A stretch of 64,000 nt of DNA, taken from NCBI GenBank assembly GCA_040954595.2, contig CM082580.2, positions 11,298,909 to 11,362,908 on the forward strand, written 5' to 3'. Each line of letters begins with the position of its first letter. The first letter of the stretch is position 1. Both the position numbers and the translations under genes were made by a program. Under the pieces are notes generated by a model, which saw only the letters and a list, made by a program, of their open reading frames with translations, made no database searches and was not told the DNA's origin. Below are positions 1 to 12,900 of this stretch, piece by piece. The DNA comes from Balanoglossus misakiensis. Its lineage: Eukaryota; Animalia; Hemichordata.

Positions 1-775
1 AATTCGTTTTTCAAACTCAATGTCAGCACCGTAGGGCCGCCATTTTCATGACCCCTGCACGACCTTACATCCTCGTACTTCCGTTGGTATGAATCAATGA
101 GGTTGACTGAAACGTCTATAAAAACACATAATTGCAGCTGTAGTCAATAAATATGAACTGAATTTCAAGGTGACAATTTTTCCAGCCAGTTTTGGCACCC
201 AATCGTAAGCTAAAACGAATAGATTGCCAAAATTTGCCATAATGACACCTGCTCACGTTGGGAAGATAGGCTTTGAAAACGACGCGCCTGATCACGTGAT
301 CACAGTCTCATGGGTCCACAGGACATTGACGTGACACTTTTCCCCAGTGGAGATCAACCGAGTTATCAGCCCATGCGCAAACATTACGTGTTATTTGAAA
401 ACGGCCGGATTTAGCGCCAGCACGCACATCGCATTTGTCTCTGCGACTGGAGCTGAACAAGAGGTTATTTCAGAGAATAAACCCCTCTTTTCAATCTCGG
501 TCAAATCAGCTCACCGAGTGGAGTTCATCATAAAAGAAATGACCTCCTTCCGAAGATGAAACTAAATTGGCCAGATAATAATACTTCAGCCTGAGGATTG
601 CGGCGTGGCGTAGCCATGACAACATGTACGCGGCGCAGACACCACCTCCCACGGTCGGATATATATAAATTTGTGTGGGGAAAACAATAATCACAGACCT
701 GGATCAGAAACACAAGCAAATTTGGAGTAACAAGCAGGAAGAAACCTCGCATCATAGGTCATTCACCCTGCTCCA

Positions 776-900
776 TGTCTGTCTGTCTGTCTTTGTAGAT
801 TTAGATGCGTGATCTATCCATCTATCCATACATCAAACTATTTAGGCCTATCTATCCATCCATCCATCTAGCTACCCATCTACATTTATCATTAGATCGT
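776..900. repeat. Degenerate (TGTC)n / (TCTA/TCCA)n tetranucleotide microsatellite
   Basis: tgtctgtctgtctgtct followed by imperfect tctatccatctatcc and catccatccatcta units. Confidence 0.6.
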
Positions 901-3900
901 CATATCTATCGTTCTCCGTCGTTCTATCTGTCTTTATATCGTTATACATCAATGTATTAGACATTTATCGCCGTAGCTATTGTTTATTGCTAATCATAAG
1001 AGATGTGACTGGTTGTAAAATGCAGCAAATATTCGCCATTGATATCCTTTATGACCCAATTGAGAATTACGGTAGACTCTGGGACGTGTTTACCTCTACA
1101 GTGCGTACCACTTGTTTTTCCGAAGACGTACCCAGTGTGTGACGTGGGCACTGGTGAATGATGGTCCGCGATACCAGTATCGCCTGTACACAACACCACG
1201 CTAGCTCATTGAGCAATCTATGAAACCGCTCCAAGATTTCCGTCATTTCCGGAGCGGTGTTCTTTTTTTCGGGGGACCACACTAGAACAGCGAACGTTAG
1301 GCGACCTCTCCGATAAACATGCCGCTGTGTTCTACGACGATAACATTTTGAGGGTAGGTGTGGGAAGTAAACAACGTGATAATGCCGTTTAATACAAACG
1401 TTAAGGTCAGGAGAGCGCAGAAACGGCCCGGTGTTGCCATGCAACGCCGTGTAAAAATACGACGATTATCATCTTAATGGCATTAAAAGAGGAGGGGGTT
1501 ACCTCTCTCTCGGTGGGGACTGACACCGACTGCCGGCTAACCAATCGACGGCTAGTGAAGCCACGGGTCCAGGGTAAAGGCATAGGCCGACAATGCGAAT
1601 ACCGTGGACTTAACCTTATGACCTGTTGAATTAGGGTGAGTATTTTCCCGCCAAATCTAAGTCGCACATTTCGCGCATCACTACATCTTTACTGGCGGAT
1701 GTCGGGTCAATACGATGCTTTGGAAAATCCATAAATTAATGAAACCCGATGCTTCCAAATAAGGCGCAGTCAAAATAACACGTTGATATGGATACTTGAA
1801 ATCATATTATATGAACCTCAAAAACAAAGCCATATTATGTTTTCCCGTAGACCGTAAAAGAACACCCTGATAGTTTATCAATATACATATTACTGTATAC
1901 AAATTATAGATACAAACTGTTTGTAAAATAAGGTGTCAAGTTATACTGTTTAAAGCTAGATAGAACCATTTCCGTATTTTCATCATGACGACCCTTCACC
2001 TCGGAGCCGTTCTTCTCCTTTTGCTACCGTTGCTGATGCTACTGCTGGTGTTATTTAAGCTAAGTTAATAAATATTCCTTTCGGGATGCAAATGTACACA
2101 TTAGGAGCGCAAGCAACGGAATATGTATTTCATAATACAATCAATCAATCAAACGACCAACCAACCAATCAATAACATTGATAACGGGCGATGACGTTGT
2201 GGCGATAGAGGGCGCTACACGAAAATGTTATTAATACCAATACTGCCACAGGAGTTGTCAACGAAAAATACTTATTAATGATTTCACTTTAAACTCCGAG
2301 GTCCGCTACTGTTGGAAATATGATGAGGAGTAGATGACTGGAAAGTTGCCGATAATTGATGTGTTTTGAAAGGCGACCATGGATGATGGACGCCTAAACC
2401 GAAGCTCGACGTTAGCCTTGGCACCGAAAGTACTCCTGGACATAAAACCGAAAGAAATATCCGTTGTCGGGACGTCAGTGACAGGGTTGTTGATCTATTT
2501 AGCTTTGATTGAAATCCTGACACTGATTTATGGCTGAGGGAGTGTGACGTCCCGAGAGATTTACGAAGTGGTTGGGAGCAGTATTTATGGGGATCCGCCA
2601 GAGAAAATAAACGAAGGGTCATCTGGGGCTGTTGCGTATGGCGCCGAACTACCTACGTCGCCACTCTAAAAGAAAAGATTGTGCAGTGCCACCGCAATTG
2701 GCGCCCTCAATGCTGCTGCGGGCTGAATGCCAACAAACAGTGTCACCCAGCTGGCATTATTTGCATATTGGAGCTCAACACGTGCCCAGCCCAGTTCAGA
2801 GCAGGCAGCCTTAAACCGGTCACAATCCTCGACTGACCCAATTATGAACACAAAGGCGAAACTAATGGCCACGCCAAAGTTCCGGTGTCTCATTTCCGTT
2901 CACCTTGCATGCATATTCACACACTCCGCACACTCAGAGAATTCTCGGGTTAAAACTACGTGCCTACCTGACATTTCACCAAAGTTCAGTCTGGCCGGCT
3001 TGGTCGTCTCCACTTTCACACAAATCCACAACTTGAAGGCTCCGTCGCAGTTCCGGTTCACTCGGGGCATTCCCTCTTCACCCAATTAGACGTGGCAGTC
3101 CGCAAACGAAACACTAGTACAAGTAATTGTCAATCCTCAGTGCCGACGACGCCATTTGTCACGGCCGGTCGTCGCCCTATAGTTTCCTCACACCAGGGAA
3201 CGAGTATTGGCCGATAAAGTAAACTGTTTTACGCTGAATCACCGAAAATACACAGAGAACACGTTACATACATGTGGCCGTTCCGACAACAAGCTCGAAC
3301 TGAAGGCAAATTCCAGTTTGTTTCTTTGTATGACAGACACAGATGTATGGTAGGAAACGATTGGCTGGATGGATATGCAGCCAGGTGATATAAAGTGGTT
3401 ATGCAAATTAGACGTAATTAACATCAGAACTGTGAAAGATTGGATGAAGTGTTCGGTATACATCAAGTATAAACGGCGTAATCTGAGACAGTGGACGTTG
3501 TTTCTGTGTGAGATACTTGTACTTTTGTGAATAACTGCCATCGCCCGATTTCAGTATTAGTCTCAGGGAATAATTTGTTCAGTTGTCATAGTATTCCATA
3601 CCATCTTATCACTGTTTAAAACAATGCAGATATTAATATGAAAGAAAAATAGAAGACTAAACAAATATTCAAACCGTACCAATATATATTATGTAACGAA
3701 CAAATGAATGGAAGTAGTAATTGAAGATATCCGACCACTTGTAAATAGCCCCCGGGCTCAGCTCAAGTCTAGTAATTCATATTGTTCGAGAGGGTTTGAA
3801 CACGTGATTCTATTGGTAATAAAGCTATCCTATTGATTTAAATTCATGCCAAGCACAGGTGTACTCAATGTAATAAAAAATCGACAAATAAAATTACTGG

Positions 3901-6900
3901 ACATCTTTTCTGAAAAAAAGGGATTTTTATTTCGGTTTGACAATTTTCCTGTTTCCTCGGGGCAATTAATTATCATTCATGGAAGACGTGCTTAAACTGT
4001 AATTGATTTTTTTTTGATAATTGAAAATACACGTCAGCCCGAGATGTGAATTTATGGCTGCACTCGGGAAAATGGAAAATTATCAAATTGCCAGACATGC
4101 TGAAGGAAAGATCGGCAAGGGACGCCCTCTCGTGGCGATACTTCTTGGTTTTGGCACCCATAATGCGTCATTTGTATATGCACCAGGGCGACTATAAGTG
4201 TTATGACCCATAGTTAAAAACAATTGCCTGTTTAAGGCAGAGACGATACCTTCAAAGGTTAACAGAATCTTCCAAAGAGAGAGAGAGGCGGGGGGGGGGG
4301 GGGGTGCACATGGATTTCGTAATGTGTAATATAGTAAAACTTGTTTCCAAGTAAACCAGTATAGCTATGTTATTGCTAATTGTTAATTCGCTATACTAAA
4401 ATCTACACACACGCAAAACGCGTCTACGTCATTGTAAAAATGTACCGGACGAGGCTTCAGTCAATTCTAAAAAAGTGAAAGTTTAATTATTAATTAGGGG
4501 TCCGATATTCCATACCGGCAGCTGTCAATACATTTTTTTCTTCTTCTCGACTATGAATTTTATTTATAATAGCCATAAGCTTACGTTTTGTTTTTTGTGC
4601 TGCGCGCATATTGAAATTTTTGGACAAAGGAGACGGGGAACAATGTAAGCTCAACAATTTAACAGTCATATAGGAGTAAAGAATGGACGTGCTTGAACAA
4701 ACACGTCGAGGAACCACATTAAAGCGTCGGCCTGGCAACCATGTCACTTTTAATTGCTGCGCATGTCCGTTTTGGTTAAACACACAGTTTCTTGAAAGGC
4801 GAGCGTCGTTCGATGATCGCATTATCGCCGAGGAAGAATCCGGTCACTCTTTAATCCACTTTGAAGTGTTCATAAGTTTATGATAGTCCCGGTGCACGCA
4901 CGTGTCAAAACTTCACTTCTTTTCACCTTGTTTGTTTAACCCTCAAGTGCTAATTTGTGTCAAGCAGACCTTATCGAGATATCTCCCGTCTAATTTTGAG
5001 ATAAAGTGAAGTTTTTAGAATTAAATGTCGCAAACGGTTAATATATTTTGAACAGAAAGGTACATTTTCTCTTATTAGCAACAAAAGCGATTCTCCACGC
5101 CCCTCCAGTTTTTAGTTAGGTTTGCTTATGCTAGTGTTATACCTTCTGTATTTGTTGTGTTTTCGTGAATAAATAAATAAATAAACAAACAAATAAATAA
5201 ATGATATGTTTTACCGGTCCACCAGATTCATTTGTATAGGCAATTGTAAGCGTTAGAATGGATTTAAAATTACACACCACACGGTTTCGGACGGCGCGTT
5301 GTAAAACCGCAAGAGGCCAAGGGCTAAAGGTGCGGTTTACACCAAGCCTTCCAAAGATCGTTGCCATCACCACCACTGCCACATAGAGGTGACGGTGGTG
5401 ATGGTGATGGTAGTGGTGGCCGCATGATGTGCGTTGGCTGTACAGCAGTACATTTCTAATATTGTGAAGATTTTATCATCTGCACGTGGATTGTTTTTTG
5501 TTTCTGAGCGAAGCATAAACCGACGTGATATCAAATATGCTGTGGAGAAACTCGCACTGTTAATAAAAGTCAAAATGCACGCAGACTAAAGTTGCGACCA
5601 CCGCTCTATGATATCAGAATACAATTTACATCAACGCAGCCCTCTCGGGACTGCAAAACACACAGCTGTATGTATATGTCTATATGGCAAAGCGACTAGC
5701 CGTGTATACCACCGCCCAAGGGGATGGAAACCACGCCGGCAGTCGTAGATATTTCTCGTCTTAAATAAGCACATGATAGACTCTGGATAATATGAAATAA
5801 ATTTCGTTCATTATTTGTTTTCACTTGATGAAAAGGCTAGGTACAGATGTTAAAGGGAGCAGTCCGCTTTCCGCTTAAGCATTGTATGGGACCAATAAGT
5901 TCGGAAGACCATGGTACCAGGGCACCGACTGGAAAATTAAACAATTTATTTCACCCTGTATACTCTGCTAAATTAAATTGTGTATGTTTGAGACTATTAC
6001 GTTCAATATTTAAAAAAAATCGCACTAGCTCATGGCGACCTATTGATGTTTCCGTGTTACTCTTATGCGTGTATACAGTAAAGATTATCCCAAATGAAGT
6101 TGATGTGTGAAGGTTAAAAGTCTGGTACATTGGCAAGAAAACCCATTTATGATTGGTCGAGTTCTCCACGCAATGACTGAAGTATCAGATATTATTGGAG
6201 AGGAAGTCTGTATTGAATTTACGCGTCGCTTTCCCGGAAATAAAGTGACGATTGGACAAAATGCATATTCCCATTGCCTGCATGTACGGTGTAATACAAA
6301 CGTGGGAATACAGTTAGAAAGGGCAGATATGATCTTTGAAAAACTACACAGTACCATATGAAAAAGAAAATGTTCATGCGGAAAGCTTAAGCCTTACTCG
6401 ACACAGGCAGAATGACACATTTTGGGGGGCTTTGTTCGGATGATATCAAGCGAAGAATGCAGGCAGGCAACCAGCGGCGCAGCCAAAATAGAACGAGACT
6501 TAATCTAAATGACGCTAGCCACGACAAATAAGGCGTCATTCGATCTCAATCAATACCTCTTCACGACAGCGTTTACTCAACGGTGTATCTCTGTTTGCTC
6601 GAATCATTATCGCGAAATATGCAAATGTCGTGAACATGTGACTGTCGAGTGAAACAGTAACTTCGAATCTTGGTGATGACTTCAGGAGAGCGAGGGGAGA
6701 CAGAGACAAAGTGCTGCCGCTCATCGGTTGCGCAGACCGTGATGGCTACCAATCGCGCAGGTAGCCCAGAGAGCAACGCCCTCTCCGGCACCAGCCGTAG
6801 AAAGGAAGCGCCCCACCGAATGTGCGCACTAAACGTGTCCTCCGTGTAAGTTATGACTCGGCTTCAATAAAAGTTGTGTTTAGCTCGATTTCAAAGTTAA

Positions 6901-9900
6901 TTCGATGGTCTGGCCAAAGACTGGAACTGAAAAAAAACCTAGTATAAAGAGGCTGGTTTCTCGCCCACCTAGTTTTCGGGAACAATGAGGAAACAATAAA
7001 AAGCCGTTTAAAGCCTTAAACAAGAACACAGAACAAGCTGTGTGTAAGTTTCAAACGACAGGGTCAACGCTTAGACAAGTTTTGCTGCGGAATTGTCACT
7101 AGCACACCCGGCAATTAGAACCAGCAAACCGGTTCACTTTAACTTATGGTAATTCACTACATGCATTCTTCGAGGTAAACACTGAGACAATATCCCCTAT
7201 TGCAATTGGAACTGCCGAATTGACGCATATTGGGCAAGAAAAAGGTCTTCCTGTGTCACCGGATTGAGACTTGTGGCATACATGGATTAAATTTATGTTC
7301 GAATAAAATTAGCCCGTATAATTCGAATAAAATAATTTGAAGAGAAATATCATATTCGAGCCTCTGTATGCATGAATGCATGATGGTTGGGTGACATGAT
7401 ACCCTATGGCTGAATACACACTTGTTTGGGTTTATTTTGCGTGTACACATGTGACCTAACCAATCGGACACAGACAATAAACTACAAATACTGTTTTCAT
7501 TCAAGTTTAAGTTGATTTTAATCCACCGCCGAGTTGACAGTGTACTTAGCAGGCACGTGTCGGGTCTGCGTGGCTTTAAAGCGATAACGCTTGCAACGGA
7601 AGCTTATGATGCCGTTTGTTGATCAAAAAACAGAGGCGGTTGATTTTGCCGCGTATCCTGTCCCGAAGAGAAAAAAATGTTCTTGTTAAAACACAGGGTG
7701 AATTTTTTTGCCGGCTGTACAGAACGCGCGGAAAGTTTTTTAATCTGAATGGGGGCCGTTGTCAATGTCGATGTGGCAAAACAAGCAAAGTGTTTGACAC
7801 AAAAGAGGTTCAGGCTTATTTTAACAGCGCCTCACGCAGGTGTTTGCTTGTTTGCCGAACTCGGCTTTAGCTCGCCAAGGCTTTAAATTGGCTAGTGTAA
7901 ACGGTATTGAAGATCTTTGTCAAAATATAGATTTTTCGACCCCCGTTGTGTTGAAATTAATAGCGGATAAAAAGTAAACGCTTTTTCATAGTATCCCCAG
8001 CGACGTCTCCCGAAGAGCTTTTGCCCAACCGAAGACTTCTTAAATAAGCATAAAGAACCGTTTCTATACTGATTAGCACCTCGCCGTTTTTTTAATTGTG
8101 TTCCTGACAAGAGAGATTATTGCAACCCGGGACCACTATTTCTTGCTCCATCACTCGTTTTCGAAGTTTTGCTAATTTATCGAGAGAGAGAGAAGAAAGC
8201 TTGTTCCAAGAATGGTGTGGTTGGTTTTACAACGACTCTGAAAAAAGCGATCGGGGCAATTCTCGAAAACTAAGATTCGGCGTCATCTTACGTGGATTTT
8301 TGAACTCGATCACCTGTAAGACTGCACATTTAAAACATAAAATGTATACACAGTACTTAAGTATAGTATTCTCTTTTTAAAAGACTCGGTGGAGGTCAAC
8401 TTTGGCTGCAAAATGGTTTTAGGATTACAGGCTGAACTAAAATGGCCGCCAAACTATACATGTCATTTCTGTAGGGGAAACTTGAATTATTGATTTTCTT
8501 TCAAATGTGTCGAATTCTGTTTCAACAGTTTTCTTCAAATAAATTGCAATGACTTAAGTTCTTTCGACTGGCATTTTTCCCGGAGATGTGCACTAAAACT
8601 ATCGGTCCAGGATGAGTTTAGTCAGATATAACCTTTTAAAAATAAAGCTAGATATTTTCAAGGCCTTCCGAACCGACAGGCGAAGACACCTATTGTCTTC
8701 TGTGATGGTCGGGTTTCGCGGATACCACTAAATGTGGGACGCCATAAATCACCGGCAGTGCCCAGCTATAAATGATCAATTTGTGCTCGTCTATCCCCGA
8801 TTACCGCCAAATGTTGACAATTGTGAATTGTTTTCGATCAATTTATTGTGAATTTAACCGCTCTTTAAACAGTCACACATACTCATCCATCGAGCCCCGG
8901 CGCAGGTGCAAATCGTTTAGAAATGATATTATTGGTTTTTCCTCGTGATAAAAGAAAAAAAATGGGGGATAATTTTCGGTTGAACTTGAGGCGTGGATAA
9001 TTTGTGTTGAACATTAGCCCAAAGCCGTGAATTTGTTTCCTAAGCATGATGCGTTGCAATATTCATACTTAAATATAAACATAAAATAATTACAAAATTT
9101 AAAAAGCGTTTATGCCTTGGCGATGCCTCGATTGGTAAGGGATTCATTCAGTTCTCGTCACATTGGGGTGTGGTTACTCACTTCATGTTCTTCGGTTTGT
9201 TAGATCAAATTGACTGATCTGTCGACCCTCGATAAATACAGGCGTCACTTTCCCAACTCACAACGATATTGACATAACATTATCTCTACAATTAGGCTTG
9301 CAACTCCGTGTACAGTTGAAAGTCAGGCGGGTATAGCTGGTTGTATTTAATCGCCAATCAAAAGGCAATGTTCAACGCGTAACCTTTCCAGAGTCGCGGT
9401 CTCAAGAACAAGACGCCGTTCTTTATTTACTCCTCGCGTCTCAGATTACCAATGGAAACAGAAGGTCAAGGTTAATTTCCCTTTTTTCGGAAGTCTACCA
9501 AGGGAACACGCCGTGTGTCAAGGTACAGACAATATACGTGTTAGCATAAGTCTTGTATGGAAAGCGTTCGACGTCGATATGAGAATACTAGTATAACACA
9601 GATGTATCTTTAATTGTGAGCGGAGACAATGTCGGACGTTATCTCTCCCGTATAGCTTTTAGATCAACTTAAAATGAAGGGTAAGGACCTAATTTCAGAC
9701 AACGGCGACAAAGATCGATAAAAAACAGTAACGTTTCATTTGAATGGTTTCCGTAACGCAAGAACCGTTGTCACGGTTGCCCCTCTTCCGTCCGGCGTTC
9801 CAGCTGGACAATTCAGCGGAGAGTCACAAAAGCTTGAGGCATGCCCCCCTTCGCATCACTGCAAGCAGAATCACTGAGCAAACGGACTGACTATGTTCCA

Positions 9901-12900
9901 ACATTCGCGTATGACTTCCCTTTCAACTGCCAACCGGACCGTGACCTTTGTTCAATGACTCGACATACAAGGGTCACACGAAAACTACCGGTAGCTTCAG
10001 AAAGACAACGGCCATCGTACATGCCAGCCCGAACAATAGTGAGTTATAGTACAGCGCCATCTAGCAACTGAAAGAATAAACGGTTCTTCAGAGATGAGGA
10101 GTCGACGAGTAATTGGCGACATTAACGCTAAATATTTACCCAAACAGTATGATTGTGTAATTTATGCACTCATTAGAATCCATTACGCACACACCTGGCG
10201 ACTACAGGCCAAACAAAGATTCGCGGACGATAAAGTCTGTGCTTGAAATCTTCAAAATTCCGTACATGTCATTTCAGGCAACTTTGACCACAAACATATC
10301 GGCGGCACGGCGACTGGCAAGCAGGCCACACTCTATACGACAGTTTGATTTTGGTACAACCGCCGAAGAAGCACTCGACGTGCATGCGGCTCCAACGGCA
10401 GTGTTGTACGGCGTAGTGCCGTGTATAGAAGGCGACACCGCGCCGTTAGCTTTAGCTAAGAGACATCGCAAATACTATTAGGCAGATTTGCTACAAAGAC
10501 GAAGAGTACACAAAGTACTAACTGAAATTATCCACAGACGCCAAACGCCAAGTGTTAAAACAAAAGAAACCCAGGAGGACCCAATTGTACGCACGCTAAA
10601 AATAGACGCCAAATTATCCAAAAATACCAAATGGTCGCTACACTCTGTGTTAGATCTGTCGGGAATGAAATGTCGATTTCCGTGCCCTTATCGGTTTTTT
10701 TCAATGACTATTCTGATACTTGAAGGCAGCCGAGAATGGGAAGGAAAACATATGTCGAATCCCTTTATAGACTGCTTTTTGCTTTGTGTCTTTCACTCAG
10801 ACATCCGCCATGTAAAATGAATAAAATTAAAAAAGAGTTGGTCACAGTAATATTGTAGCTTTGATTTTGAACTTGGCAAATCACATGCACTGGCACTGTC
10901 GTTTTGAAGACGTCCTGGCCTTAAACATTTAGGATGGCGCAGTTATCAGTCTTTGTGATTTCGACTTGCCAGAAACATTCAGAGTTCAGTCTCTACTCTG
11001 TTTAGATAAGACAACTGTTTATTTTTTCAGTCTATTACAACGATGTTAGTTTTCACAACTTAACAAGGAGCGTGATCTTGGCGTAATTGCATAGGTACAC
11101 AAAACTTATCGCCTGTTCGTACGCCTGGCACGCGTCGCTCTTGTGTGTGTTTTGGCTGAAGAAGTTTATTAAGTCCGAGCACTTTTTGTGATAATCGCTA
11201 TGTATCTTTGCAGATAAAGCAAACCCCTTGGCATCGTTATTATCAGTTGTGTAAATTTTGTCGACGTTTTATCGACTGCAGGTTGTCTTGAGCACGTGCC
11301 ACGGGCATTACTGTTTGCTCGGTACAGCTGAGAATTTTCCAGCGATGCACCTATGGCTGGGGCTGGAAACTTCTACTTTACAGGTGCTTTTGTGCCGGTG
11401 TGAAAACTTCGATTCGACTTGAGTCTGGCCCACCACGATTCTTGTTTTTTTTTAATTCAGAGCTAACAACAATTTGAGTATCGTTTGACGCAAGCTTTAC
11501 AAGGCATCACGCCACTGTTTGTACTTGGATGCTCGATAAAGATCTAACATTTAATACTCTGCGTTGACACAGCCCGCAGGTACACACAACTGATAACGGT
11601 GGAACAGGTCTCTACATGCAAACGTTGGTAGACCCCCGGCTCTTTTAAGTGATACGGTGCCCCCCATCTGAAGTGGGTGGAAGAGCACACCGCTAGGTGG
11701 TCGAATGAAAACGCTGGAAGATGTCTTTGTCTTAGGTTGGCATGCACCTGTCTGGCCATCTCTAGGTAGGATCACTTGGCCCCGTCTTGCATGGTGTTAT
11801 CAATATACAAACTTTTCAACGCCAGCTGGTCAGCACCTTTCCGACCACGAGTTATTACCCATGGTCTTTCGATTCCTCTGACAGATCGGAAGATAAACTT
11901 GGACAGCTATTTGTCTCCGTCAAACTTTTTGTTATTTTTATGTCGGTTCTTTTTATGAAGCATTCTGTGGCACGAGTGAACATAGCTCTGTCAACACACT
12001 CAATAAGCATTTCGCGGGTATTCGCGTCAAGTACGCGTGATTTGCCAAAGTTGCCCGGTCTCATATCTCCAATCAGAACGGCTGGATCGAGGCGGTCGAA
12101 CATTCTAGTGCTTCTATTTGTAAACCCGCCCAAACTTGGGAGCTTGCTTTTCCCTGGCCCGACAAAAAGCCCAACAGATTTCACACAACGTGCCCAAACA
12201 ACGTCCGCCGAACGAAATTATATTCTATACTCATTTTTCTTTTTAAAATCCTCGTTTGAATCGGGGGGAGTGTGAGCAGTAGACGCCACAGCCAATCACC
12301 GGGTCGACTATTTCTGCAGTTCAGCAGACGTATTGACGTAGGTGTGGAGTAATGATGATTTGATAGCGCCATTAAAGCTACTTTATTCCAATTAAAGGGA
12401 TCTCGCCATTGAAAGAACGAACAAGCGAACTGACACTATTCCGGCGTCGGGATTTCATCCCCAGTTAAATGGTCAGGAGTGTCTCTCCCAACGACTTGTA
12501 GTGAGCTCTCCGTGTCTACAAGCTCGCCAGGGCCGAGATCACCACACGTATCCTAAGTTCCTAACCGTCCTACGCGTCGACGCCAGTCCGACACATTTGG
12601 GACGAGAAACGACACATCCATCATCTGCATAATAACTGTATGATTATTCAAAACCATAAAATAATCATGACTGTCCACATTCTCCGCTTTATTACCGCCT
12701 GACGTCTTCTCGATCGCTGCTTGGAAACGACTTACAGATCATAAAAAAAATACAGAGGGAAAGAAATATTTTGCCCACTTGAATAACCTTGAGAAATTGA
12801 ATATGCTTGTTAAAAACTTAAAAATAATGTTCCATGGTATTTTAATACAATCCGCAACCCAGTAATAAAAATGTCGCCTCAAAATGTCGTAAATTGATTA

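Noticed and set aside
528-755. Minus-strand ORF with a hydrophobic N-terminus (MMRGFFLLVTPNLLVFLIQ)
   Set aside because: No recognisable domain, weak donor and no partner exons. Consistent with chance.
2378-2536. 52-aa + strand ORF with a hydrophobic C-terminus overlapping the hairpin
   Set aside because: Short, no homology recognised, no expression evidence.
8377-8640. TTAA-bounded segment containing AAAATGGCCGCC, resembling a non-autonomous DNA element
   Set aside because: The terminal inverted repeats do not match beyond 3 nt. It needs a repeat-library search.
10332-10429. Nested imperfect inverted repeats (tctatac/gtataga, gtacaac/gttgtac)
   Set aside because: Arms are only 7 nt with unpaired gaps. 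Too weak to call a MITE or structured RNA.
11787-12275. Longest intergenic ORF (162 aa) and its antisense 109-aa ORF
   Set aside because: No recognisable domain or splice structure. The length is attainable by chance in 50 kb.
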